A stretch of DNA of 64,000 nt, taken from the NCBI GenBank assembly GCA_001774685.1, contig MFAS01000001.1, positions 351,557-415,556 of the forward strand, given 5' to 3'. The notes beneath the pieces were generated by a model, which saw nothing but the letters and a program-made list of their open reading frames with translations, was not told the DNA's origin and did no database searches. The stretch is from Candidatus Collierbacteria bacterium RIFOXYD2_FULL_45_13 (GTDB lineage Bacteria > Patescibacteriota > Microgenomatia > UBA1400 > MFAQ01). Below, piece after piece: positions 1 to 8,687 of the stretch. Both the position numbers and the translations under genes were made by a program. Within the stretch, counting starts at the first letter, position 1. Each line of letters opens with the position of its first letter.

Positions 1-27
1 GGGTCTCTGGGATCGTCTGATCCCTCC

Positions 28-252
28 ATGTCTCGTCTCGTGGGCAAAGTAGTTAGTTATGCCGTCATGACGTTTTTCATTCTAGCCGCCCTTTCTCAGT
101 TGGGCATTGCTACTTTTTTCATCAATACGGTTTTTGTAGGCTTTATCATGGCCATTGCCCTTGCTCTAGGACTCAGTCTGGGTCTTGGTGCCAAAGATAT
201 TACCAAGAAGGTTCTCGAGGATTGGTACAAAAAAATCGATAAACAAGGTTAA
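28..252 (+). CDS. small hydrophobic membrane protein (frame is open to the window start; may be 5'-truncated)
   Basis: ORF track; two predicted TM helices; no upstream stop in frame back to position 1. Confidence 0.3.
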   Translation: MSRLVGKVVSYAVMTFFILAALSQLGIATFFINTVFVGFIMAIALALGLSLGLGAKDITKKVLEDWYKKIDKQG

Positions 253-800
253 ATTTGATCAGTCCTGCTCTCAATTGCTTTAATTAGAAGACTAGCAGTT
301 CTCAGAGTTGCTCTTGGAAAATTTTTTTCCAAAGTCAAATACATATTTGCTCCCATGTTTCTGTATCTATCACTGTCATAATGGAGTGTCAGTTCTGTCT
401 GACCATCGTCAGTTATTCTAGCCTGCGAAGTCCAAGTTCCGTCAGGTCGTCTTTCGCCGATAATCCAAGAACTAACCCCCTCTCTTTCGACTACGATACT
501 TGATTTTTCTCCGGTAATTGAATCTTCCATCACATCTGTCACCATATCTCCAAGGTTGGTGATTTTTTCTCGAATCTTTGCCCAACTCAGTTGAAAGTCC
601 TCCATCGGTCCATTCTTTAAGTCTTTGCTCATATCAGCCACAATCAGGGCTCTCGCTTTTGCCTCATCAATTTTGGGCGGAAAAGACTTTAGGCGTTCTA
701 GCGCCCATTTTTTTGCAATTCGTAACGTTTCTTTTTGCTCTTCTAATTTACTTCTTCTTTCAACTATGGGAACAATATCGCTATCAAATCTTTTCTCCAT
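249..800 (-). CDS. hypothetical protein
   Basis: 183-aa ORF, no recognisable motif. Confidence 0.35.
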   Translation of the reverse strand: MEKRFDSDIVPIVERRSKLEEQKETLRIAKKWALERLKSFPPKIDEAKARALIVADMSKDLKNGPMEDFQLSWAKIREKITNLGDMVTDVMEDSITGEKSSIVVEREGVSSWIIGERRPDGTWTSQARITDDGQTELTLHYDSDRYRNMGANMYLTLEKNFPRATLRTASLLIKAIESRTDQI

Positions 801-878
801 GATAATCTATATTTTAGGGTATCGCACCAAAAAACCCAAGATAGATTGCTCGCACTTGGGCTCTTGGATCGAACCAAA

Positions 879-1019
879 TTACTTGGCGCCGATTTTAAAC
901 ATCTTGGTTCCACAAACGGGGCAAACAGCTTTGACGGCTGGTTTACCATTTTTCATGGTAACTCTCTCGAATTCGGTTACGTCTCTTTTGGCTCTGCATT
1001 TTACACAATAGATCTGCAT
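879..1019 (-). CDS. small zinc-ribbon protein (46 aa)
   Basis: My translation of the minus strand gives MQIYCVKCRAKRDV...CPVCGTKMFKIGAK* with CxxC...CxxC. It is below the ORF-track cutoff. Confidence 0.45.
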   Translation of the reverse strand: MQIYCVKCRAKRDVTEFERVTMKNGKPAVKAVCPVCGTKMFKIGAK

Positions 1020-1046
1020 TTACTTGGTTCACCCCCTTTCTTTTTG

Positions 1047-1289
1047 TTAGTGCCTGGACAAATAACTCCAAATAGCTAGCTCCAAGGCTAGGACAAGCAT
1101 AGTCAGGATCGCAGTCTTTGTCAAGTCTGCCTTGAAAAATCTTGCACCTTCTCTGTCGAGCTCAGTTTTAATTATCGGCTTATTTGTTGTCAGCCACTCG
1201 TCCTTAATGGCAAATCCTTCGGCCTGTTGTTTTCTTTCTTGAGATATGATTTTTTCTCGTTTCGTTTTTCTTTGTCTGCTCATGCTCAA
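1047..1289 (-). CDS. hypothetical small protein with C-terminal TM helix
   Basis: ORF track; basic N-terminus, hydrophobic C-terminus. Confidence 0.3.
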   Translation of the reverse strand: MSMSRQRKTKREKIISQERKQQAEGFAIKDEWLTTNKPIIKTELDREGARFFKADLTKTAILTMLVLALELAIWSYLSRH

Positions 1290-1322
1290 TATTATATCTT
1301 TATATAGTAAAATGAATCCACT

Positions 1323-1775
1323 ATGGTACCGGCCAGTTTATTTTATGCGATTTTTGCCATTTGGCTGTTTGTCCTTACTTTCCTTTTGATTCGGCTGGTG
1401 GTTCATTATAACCGTCTCACAGCCGATGTATCCAAAAAAGATCTTATTTCGTCACTCAATCATCTAATCGACAACTTAGACCGAAATACTGACGATATCA
1501 ATTCTCTTCAAGAGAAACTCTCCTCCGAAGTTAACGAAAACAAAAAACACCTACAGCGTTTGGGTTTTAGGCGCTACAATCCCTTCACCGATACCGGCGG
1601 AGACCAAAGCTTTTCGGCTGCCTTTCTTGATGATAATGGGGACGGTATTATGATAAGCTCTTTACATAGTCGGGAAAATACCCGGCTCTATGCTAAAAAA
1701 GTTGAGGGAGGCAAGGTTACCAGCCAGGCTCTCTCCAAAGAAGAACAAGAAGTTATCAACGAAGCCATAAAATAA
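1323..1775 (+). CDS. DUF4446-like protein (N-terminal TM, conserved NPF...GGDQSF...LDDNGDG core)
   Basis: Motif resemblance to the DUF4446 family, recalled from memory. Confidence 0.45.
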   Translation: MVPASLFYAIFAIWLFVLTFLLIRLVVHYNRLTADVSKKDLISSLNHLIDNLDRNTDDINSLQEKLSSEVNENKKHLQRLGFRRYNPFTDTGGDQSFSAAFLDDNGDGIMISSLHSRENTRLYAKKVEGGKVTSQALSKEEQEVINEAIK

Positions 1776-1784
1776 ACATAATTT

Positions 1785-2987
1785 ATGAAACTCAGCTCCA
1801 AAACTATAGTCTCGTTAGTCATTACCTTTTTTGTTTCTGCCGGCTTAGCCTACGCAGTAGTGCCTTCCAACGGTGGGGGACTCGTTTCTCCGCAAGCTGA
1901 AACTCCCACCGAGAAAAAATCAGCCGGTTTTGGCCAATTTGCGGATGAGCCAAAGACCGAGGCCTGTCCACTGAACGGGAAGCTTTATTCGAAATCCGAA
2001 AAAACCTTGTGGGAAGCCAGGCGCCCCATCTTAGCCATGATCGAAAATGATATTCACGCCCGCCCACAGTCCGGACTTGCCTCGGCTGACATAGTTTATG
2101 AAGCAGTCGCCGAAGGGGGTATTACCCGTTTTATGGGTGTCTTCTATTGTGGAGCTCAGGCTGATACCGCCAAAGTCGCTCCTGTCAGAAGTGCCCGTAT
2201 ATATTTTGTAAACATTGCGGCCGAGTACAATACTCCCATTTATATGCATGTTGGTGGCGGCAACTGTAGTGCGGATGCGGCTAGTGGTCAATGCACTTCG
2301 AACAAAAAAGCCTTCGCCCTGGAGGAGTTAGTCAAGCTTGGTTGGAGGAAGGCCGGGGGTAACGATTTCGATACTATCGGCGATATCGGTATTCCGGTCA
2401 TGAAAAGAGACTATCAGCGCCTAGGTGCCGGAGTTGAGATTGCTACCGAGCATACTTATGTCGGGTATCTCTCTCACGCCTGGAGAGAAGCCGAAAAGCG
2501 TGGTTATAACCACCTGACGCCAAGTGGCAAGACCTGGCTCTCCGGAGTTAAATTGTGGAAAACCGGCACTTCTGATATAGCGGGACAGCCAGCCCAAAAT
2601 ATCAAATACGATTTTTGGTCAAACTACAAAGACTTTACTGTAGACTGGAAATACGACCCAACAACCAAGGAGTATCTAAGAAACCAAGGATCAGTCTCCC
2701 ATCTCGATCTAGAAACAGGCAAGCAAATTACTGTCCCCAACATCCTCGTGCAGTTTGCCAAGGAAGAAGGCCCTCTTGATGAACACAAACACATGTTCTA
2801 CACCGTGATTGGTGAGGGAACGGGATTGTACTTCACTGGGGGACAGGCTGTTGAAATTAAATGGAAGAAATCCAAGCAGATGGAGAGAACCATTTTTACC
2901 GACAAATCAGGCAAGGAGATTACCTTCACTCCAGGTGCCATTTGGATAAGTATTTTACCCATTGGCAACAAAGTAGTTTACAATTAA
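1785..2987 (+). CDS. DUF3048 (YerB-like) secreted/lipoprotein
   Basis: Signal-anchor N-terminus; motif ENDIHARPQSGLASADIVYEAVAEGGITRF typical of DUF3048. Confidence 0.5.
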   Translation: MKLSSKTIVSLVITFFVSAGLAYAVVPSNGGGLVSPQAETPTEKKSAGFGQFADEPKTEACPLNGKLYSKSEKTLWEARRPILAMIENDIHARPQSGLASADIVYEAVAEGGITRFMGVFYCGAQADTAKVAPVRSARIYFVNIAAEYNTPIYMHVGGGNCSADAASGQCTSNKKAFALEELVKLGWRKAGGNDFDTIGDIGIPVMKRDYQRLGAGVEIATEHTYVGYLSHAWREAEKRGYNHLTPSGKTWLSGVKLWKTGTSDIAGQPAQNIKYDFWSNYKDFTVDWKYDPTTKEYLRNQGSVSHLDLETGKQITVPNILVQFAKEEGPLDEHKHMFYTVIGEGTGLYFTGGQAVEIKWKKSKQMERTIFTDKSGKEITFTPGAIWISILPIGNKVVYN

Positions 2988-3007
2988 GGTCTAGGCCTGC
3001 CCCAAAT

Positions 3008-3589
3008 ATGGCCAAATTATCTGATCTAATAATTTCCAAAGTAAGAGTCAAACTCTTAAAATTATTTCTTTCTCAGACGAAAGAAATGTTTTACGTCCGT
3101 GAACTTACTCGCCTAACCAAGGAGGAAATCAATGCGGTCAGAAGAGAGCTTGATCACCTTCAAAAAGCCGGTCTGCTTACGAGCGAAAAACGGGGGAACC
3201 GTCTTTATTATTCGGTCAAAACTGCTTACGCTCTATATCCCGAGCTCACCAATCTCGTTATCAAGTCTACAGGCTTCGGTCGTTTGGTGATAAAAAATCG
3301 CAGCAAACTCGGCTTTGTAAAGTTTGCGTTTGTTTCACAAAAACTTTCCCGCGGACTCAAGCGTGACCCAGACGAAGTTGATCTCATGATCATCGGCAAG
3401 GTCATTATGCCCCAGGTGTCTTTAATCGTTAAGCAAATCGAGAAAATGCTAAACACCGAATTAAATTATTCGTGTATGACCGAAGAAGAGTTCAATTACC
3501 GCAAGTCCCACAAAGACCCCTTTATCGTCAAAGTTCTTCTTCAGTCAAGAATTACCCTGATCGGGGATGAAATTCAATTACTCAGTTGA
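3008..3589 (+). CDS. winged-helix DNA-binding protein with C-terminal nucleotidyltransferase-like domain
   Basis: The ORF track starts at 2861 inside the upstream gene; Met50 at 3008 chosen. N-terminal wHTH-like segment; C-terminal DLMIIG motif. Confidence 0.4.
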   Translation: MAKLSDLIISKVRVKLLKLFLSQTKEMFYVRELTRLTKEEINAVRRELDHLQKAGLLTSEKRGNRLYYSVKTAYALYPELTNLVIKSTGFGRLVIKNRSKLGFVKFAFVSQKLSRGLKRDPDEVDLMIIGKVIMPQVSLIVKQIEKMLNTELNYSCMTEEEFNYRKSHKDPFIVKVLLQSRITLIGDEIQLLS

Positions 3590-3795
3590 TGCCCACTCAA
3601 AAGATTTTAAAAGTCGGAAACTCACTGGGGGTCACCCTGCCTTCCAGTTTGGTAAAAAGTTTATCGCTTAAGCCGGGGGATCAAGTGGAGGTACTTAACA
3701 ATCTAAATAACTCCCTTACCCTGAATTTTATAGACAGCCACCAGCTCAGCTTAGGTCTTTCATCGATAAAAAAAGCGGCAAAAAAACTTATATAA
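3586..3795 (+). CDS. AbrB/MazE/SpoVT-type swapped-hairpin DNA-binding protein
   Basis: KVGNSLGVTLPSSLVKSLSLKPGDQVEV motif; start overlaps the upstream stop (ATGA). Confidence 0.55.
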   Translation: MMPTQKILKVGNSLGVTLPSSLVKSLSLKPGDQVEVLNNLNNSLTLNFIDSHQLSLGLSSIKKAAKKLI

Positions 3796-3820
3796 TCAAA
3801 TCGTTCGAGTAAAATAATCT

Positions 3821-5161
3821 ATGACGTTTTCCAAACCACAAAAGATTTCTTTCGCCATTCTAATTCTGACTCTCATCTCACTTTACATAATCCTACCCAC
3901 CAAATTGGGAAACTTTTCTATGCCTCGAATAAACTTCAAGATTGGTAATCTAGACTTTTCAAAAGAAATTGAACTTAAGCAAGGCCTGGATATCAAGGGG
4001 GGTTTACAGGTAGTTCTAAATGCGGACATGAAAGACATCGCTGGTGGTGATCGAACCTCTGCCCTGGAGTCACTCAAAGAAGTCATCGGACGTCGCGTTG
4101 ACCTCTTCGGAGTCTCGGAGTCTGGTGTCAAAACTGCCATATCGGGAAACGATTATCGTCTAATCTTAGAGCTTCCTGGGGTGACGGACCCCGAGCAAGC
4201 TCTCACTTTGATTGGCCAGACAGCCAAAATGGTTTTTGCTCTTCCCATATACACTCCCGGGGCTACCGCTACCGACTCTGCTACACTGACCGGTTTTGAG
4301 CCGACAGACCTTACCGGTGCCGATCTTGCACGGGCTCAAGTTACTTTTGAGTCGGAAGATCGTAGTCCTGCCGTCTCCATTACCTTTAAGGACTCCGGTA
4401 AAAATAAATTTTCTCAACTCACCAAAGAAAACATCGGTAAACCGGTTGCCATCCTATTGGACGGGTATCCCATTACCATGCCTACTGTCCAAGCCGAAAT
4501 TGACAGTGGTAATGCTGTGATCACCGGAAAGTTTTCCACCGAAGAAGCTAAATCCCTTGCCATTCAGCTCAATGCGGGAGCTCTGCCGGTCCCGGTTTCT
4601 ATCCTTAGTCAGAAAAACATTCCGGCCACCCTCGGGGCTGACTCCATCAAGAAAAGTGTTACCGCCGGCGCCATCGGCCTCTTTATGGTTATCTTTTTTA
4701 TGGTTGCTTACTACGGCAGGATGGGTTTTATTGCCTCTATCGGTCTTGTTTTATACGGAATCTTTACCTTGACTCTTTACAAACTTATTCCGGTAGTTTT
4801 GAGTCTTCCTGGCATTGCCGGCTTTCTCCTTTCGGTTGGCATGGCGGTCGATAGCAACATTTTGGTTTTTGAAAGATACAAGGAAGAAATAAGGGCAGGG
4901 AGAGACTGGCGAGTAGCTCTGGAGCTGGCATTCGGCCGGGCCTGGGACTCCATCAAAGACGCGAACACGGCTACTATTATCACCGGATTAATTCTATTTA
5001 ATCCACTGGACTGGAGTTTTTTAAATACTTCCGGTTCTGTTAGAGGCTTTGCCTTAACCTTAATTCTTGGAATCTTTATTTCTCTTTTCACAGGCATCGT
5101 GGTCACCAGGAATCTACTCCGTCTTTTCTTCAAAGACAAACCACGAACCAACAACAAATAA
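3821..5161 (+). CDS. secD: protein translocase subunit SecD
   Basis: N-terminal TM, periplasmic domain, C-terminal 6-TM SecD/SecF core; followed by secF. Confidence 0.85.
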   Translation: MTFSKPQKISFAILILTLISLYIILPTKLGNFSMPRINFKIGNLDFSKEIELKQGLDIKGGLQVVLNADMKDIAGGDRTSALESLKEVIGRRVDLFGVSESGVKTAISGNDYRLILELPGVTDPEQALTLIGQTAKMVFALPIYTPGATATDSATLTGFEPTDLTGADLARAQVTFESEDRSPAVSITFKDSGKNKFSQLTKENIGKPVAILLDGYPITMPTVQAEIDSGNAVITGKFSTEEAKSLAIQLNAGALPVPVSILSQKNIPATLGADSIKKSVTAGAIGLFMVIFFMVAYYGRMGFIASIGLVLYGIFTLTLYKLIPVVLSLPGIAGFLLSVGMAVDSNILVFERYKEEIRAGRDWRVALELAFGRAWDSIKDANTATIITGLILFNPLDWSFLNTSGSVRGFALTLILGIFISLFTGIVVTRNLLRLFFKDKPRTNNK

Positions 5162-5188
5162 CTAATAACTACAAACTCTTAACCCAAT

Positions 5189-6046
5189 ATGAACTGGATG
5201 AAATACCTCTCGCTTTATTTCCTTATCTCCGCCATCGTCATCCTTCCTGGCATCTACTCCCTCGTGCGATTCGGGCTCAAACCGTCCATAGAGTTTACCG
5301 GTGGCTCCCGTTTTACTCTGGTACAGTCAAAATCAACTCCAGACACAATTCTTCAATCATTCAAAGAATACACACCCGTTCTCGAGAGCTCAGACAACAA
5401 CAGTTTAACTATAAAGTCAAAAGAAATATCCCAGGAATCGGTTCAAAAAATTCTTGAAACGCTCAAGCCGGACAGCCCGGAAATCAAACTTACTGATTTC
5501 GAAACCATCGGTCCCGCCCTCGGCAAAGAAACCATCAAAAAAACAGCCAACGCTTTGATCATCGCCTCTTTTCTCTTATTGGCCTACATTAGTCTGGCCT
5601 TCAAACAATTAAAGTACGGCATTTGTGCCGTCTTGGCCATGTTTCACGATACAGCCGTTCTATTGGGATCATTTTCTTTGCTCGGTTATTTCTGGGGGAT
5701 AGAGGTTGACCTCCTATTTGTTACCGCCATCTTAACGATTCTCTCTTTCTCTGTTCACGACACCATTGTCGTCTACGACCGGATAAGGGAATTAAGCCAT
5801 AAACACAAAAACACCGACTATGTTTCGTTGATCAATCAGGCTGTCACCGAAACCATGGCCAGATCTCTAAACAATTCATTGACTATTATTTTTATGCTCC
5901 TTGCCATGTTCCTTATTGGTGGTGAAACTACTAAATATTTTTCCCTGGCTCTTCTCATCGGTACCATTACCGGAACTTACTCCTCAACCTTTACCGCCGC
6001 TCCGCTTCTCATCTTCTGGGAAAAGCATTTTTCCAAGAATAAATGA
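5189..6046 (+). CDS. secF: protein translocase subunit SecF
   Basis: FTGGSRFTL motif and SecF TM core; adjacent to secD. Confidence 0.85.
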   Translation: MNWMKYLSLYFLISAIVILPGIYSLVRFGLKPSIEFTGGSRFTLVQSKSTPDTILQSFKEYTPVLESSDNNSLTIKSKEISQESVQKILETLKPDSPEIKLTDFETIGPALGKETIKKTANALIIASFLLLAYISLAFKQLKYGICAVLAMFHDTAVLLGSFSLLGYFWGIEVDLLFVTAILTILSFSVHDTIVVYDRIRELSHKHKNTDYVSLINQAVTETMARSLNNSLTIIFMLLAMFLIGGETTKYFSLALLIGTITGTYSSTFTAAPLLIFWEKHFSKNK

Positions 6047-6085
6047 TACAATTCCCGACAGTACTTTATCAAATTAGGAGGTCGA

Positions 6086-6328
6086 ATGCCCACAATTTAC
6101 TTTGAAATCATCGGTTGGGTCGGGACGATTGCCATCATGGTTGCTTATTGGTTAGTCTCCATCGGCAAAATCTCTCCGGTTTCCAAAACCTACCAGCTTC
6201 TTAACCTGTTCGGTGCCGGCTTTGTGATTATAAACGTAGTTTTTCATGGGGCTCTTCCCTCGGTTGCCCTCAACACCATCTGGTTCTTTATCGCCCTCTT
6301 TGGACTTTTCCAAAAGTCCAAAAAATGA
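6086..6328 (+). CDS. small membrane protein
   Basis: AGGAGG RBS 8 nt upstream; three TM helices. Confidence 0.4.
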   Translation: MPTIYFEIIGWVGTIAIMVAYWLVSIGKISPVSKTYQLLNLFGAGFVIINVVFHGALPSVALNTIWFFIALFGLFQKSKK

Positions 6329-6334
6329 GATCCT

Positions 6335-6360
6335 TCCCCCGTTCCATCGGGGGATTTTTA
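6335..6360 (+). terminator. rho-independent terminator hairpin (TCCCCCG-TTCCAT-CGGGGGA + U-tract)
   Basis: Seen directly in the sequence, between convergent genes. Confidence 0.45.
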
Positions 6361-6365
6361 TAATT

Positions 6366-7052
6366 CTATGTGGTTGCCAGATAATAAGGAGGTTCTGGGG
6401 CTTTGGCAGCAAAAGGTGAAACCATGCCCACCAAGTAAGGTAGTTCACGTCCTTTATCCCCGGGCAAATCACAGCCCAAACCACCAACCCAGATGTCAGG
6501 ATGGACCATAAAAGCCGTTACCAGGTTCGGGATACCGACAGGTCCCCCTCCAGTTTTAGAAACATAAGCAAAAGTATGGTAGTTGGGATAATCAAGTTTT
6601 TGGCTGATTTCTAAACTGACTTTGTCTATCATGGCATTTATCTCTGCCATCGCCGCCAGCACCGTTGCTTGAGAATCCACTACGCACTCCGTAAAGACTA
6701 CCGGTCTGGTTACCCCATCTGGAGACAGTATTCTGGTAATATCCGGTGGTGCGATGCAAACGGGAGACGGCAGTCGACTGGTATCTTCTCGGTAATAGGA
6801 CATTTGCATGGGGTTCAATCGTACCTTGAGATGGTCGGTTAGTTCGCGTCCAAGTCTCGTACCGCTCTTCAGAATTGGAATTACGGATACTTCGTGTGGG
6901 TTTGGGAAGGTTGTGGAAAAGATTCTTCTCAGCCTTTTCAGAGCCAGTCTGCATTCTTCCTCGGTAACTATTGTTATCGCTTCCTCAGGTGTTCTGGCCT
7001 TCTCGATTTTATTTGTTCCGGAACCATGTAATTCTTTTTCTGATATCGTCAT
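6366..7052 (-). CDS. hypoxanthine/guanine phosphoribosyltransferase-like protein with N-terminal extension
   Basis: PRPP-binding motif VVFTECVVDSQATVLA and C-terminal VGGLGCDL...RELPYL resembling the Hpt VGYGLDY..YRNLPYI motif. Confidence 0.55.
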   Translation of the reverse strand: MTISEKELHGSGTNKIEKARTPEEAITIVTEEECRLALKRLRRIFSTTFPNPHEVSVIPILKSGTRLGRELTDHLKVRLNPMQMSYYREDTSRLPSPVCIAPPDITRILSPDGVTRPVVFTECVVDSQATVLAAMAEINAMIDKVSLEISQKLDYPNYHTFAYVSKTGGGPVGIPNLVTAFMVHPDIWVGGLGCDLPGDKGRELPYLVGMVSPFAAKAPEPPYYLATT

Positions 7053-7060
7053 TCCTCATT

Positions 7061-8194
7061 CTACTCCAAGGGATCCAAGAACCCCAAAGCATCATAAATA
7101 GTCTTGCTTTTGGTATGGAGCATTAGCTCCAACGCCTTAGGGGTGTCGAGATCTTGGTTCATAATATCGACAAACTTTGTTTTTCCGGTAGCGCGAAGTT
7201 TGCCAACCAAACCCCTTAACCTTTTTTCTGCCATGGCCAATTCCTCCTCTCTGTACTCCCAATTTTCTCGATAATGATGAGACAAAAGTAAAAAGCGAAC
7301 TGCATTGGCAGAGTATTTTTCCAATAAACGGGAAACCATTACCAAATTGCCTTTTGACTTACTCACTTTTTCCCCTTCATAGAATACTTGTCCGGTGTGT
7401 ATCCAATACTTTGCAAACGGAATTTTTTCCGTTGAGCCTTCACTTTGAATTATTTCCGCTTCATGGTGAGGAAAAACCAAATCCTTTCCTCCTCCGTGAA
7501 TATCTATCTGTTTCCCCAGAGAGCCGATGCTCATAGCAGAACACTCAATATGCCACCCCGGCCTACCTTTTCCAAAAGGACTTTCAAATGATGGTATGTG
7601 TATTTGCTGGTGTGGCTCGGTCGCCCTCCACAGAGTAATGTCAAGCGGGTTTCTCTTGTTAGGGTTATTAACGTCCTCCTCGAAGTTCTTTGCCATTTTT
7701 AGCATCTGAGCTTCTGTTAGCCTGGAAAGCTTCCCATAGCCCTTTTTCTTTGTAATGTCCAAATAAACACTATTGTTGTGTGAATAGGCAATTCCTCTTT
7801 CTAAGAGTCGCTGGATCAAGGAAACCATTATCTCAATACTCTCGGACGCTTTCAGGTAATGTGTGGGTGCCGTCCAGTTTAGGTCTTGCATATCCCTCAA
7901 AAACTTTTCTGTCCAAAAAGTAGCCAGGTCAGACCAGGAAATGTTTTGTATTCGCGCCCTCTCCAGAATATCCCCGTCTCTATCATTAATATCCGTAATA
8001 TTTTGCGAATATATCACCTCATACCCACGAAGTTTAAGAAATCGGATTAATGCATCAAAGCTGATGTATGTAAATGCATGTCCCAGATGGGTTGTGTCAT
8101 ACGGAGTAATCCCACAGACATATATCGTGACCTTTTTAGGAATAATTGTTGAGAACACACCCATCTTTCGGGTGAGAGAGTTGTAAATATACAT
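7061..8194 (-). CDS. cysS: cysteinyl-tRNA synthetase (short form, truncated C-terminal domain)
   Basis: HIGH-region motif TPYDTTHLGHAFTYISFD and KMSKS motif VSKSKGN; start moved to MYIYNSLTRK (Met13 of the ORF). Confidence 0.8.
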   Translation of the reverse strand: MYIYNSLTRKMGVFSTIIPKKVTIYVCGITPYDTTHLGHAFTYISFDALIRFLKLRGYEVIYSQNITDINDRDGDILERARIQNISWSDLATFWTEKFLRDMQDLNWTAPTHYLKASESIEIMVSLIQRLLERGIAYSHNNSVYLDITKKKGYGKLSRLTEAQMLKMAKNFEEDVNNPNKRNPLDITLWRATEPHQQIHIPSFESPFGKGRPGWHIECSAMSIGSLGKQIDIHGGGKDLVFPHHEAEIIQSEGSTEKIPFAKYWIHTGQVFYEGEKVSKSKGNLVMVSRLLEKYSANAVRFLLLSHHYRENWEYREEELAMAEKRLRGLVGKLRATGKTKFVDIMNQDLDTPKALELMLHTKSKTIYDALGFLDPLE

Positions 8195-8315
8195 ACCAAA
8201 AACTAGTATATTACTTTCACCAAAAAACACTAAGTTGAGTCACGATCCACCTCACCACCTGGCTCGATTTTCGAACTCTTGGTCGCAAACGATAGAACTT
8301 AGAGTTTATCCAAAA

Positions 8316-8621
8316 CTATATTTTGCCAATAAATAGCAGAATCAAAGCCACTACAGTCATAGCTGCAAAGATAGCTACAGTCTTAACAAATAGATTGATT
8401 GCCTCTTTTTTCTTACCGTCAATAAATAGCAGAAGGGGTTGGTAGAAAAACATGAACGCCATTACTACCACGGACAGGGTAAGTACCGATAAAAATACAA
8501 TTGGAGCAAAAAAAGTATCAGGCTTATTCTTTAGAGGCTGAGTCGCGAACGTCAGGGTCGTAACGACGAATATTATGTAGGTTAATGCCCCAAAGGCATT
8601 AATAATAGGATTCTTAGACAT
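8316..8621 (-). CDS. hypothetical 3-TM membrane protein
   Basis: ORF track; hydropathy. Confidence 0.35.
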   Translation of the reverse strand: MSKNPIINAFGALTYIIFVVTTLTFATQPLKNKPDTFFAPIVFLSVLTLSVVVMAFMFFYQPLLLFIDGKKKEAINLFVKTVAIFAAMTVVALILLFIGKI

Positions 8622-8687
8622 AATGTTAAGTATACTAAATTGGCTCGCAAGATAGGTTTTTCGAAACCTTACCTCACCGGTTTATTG

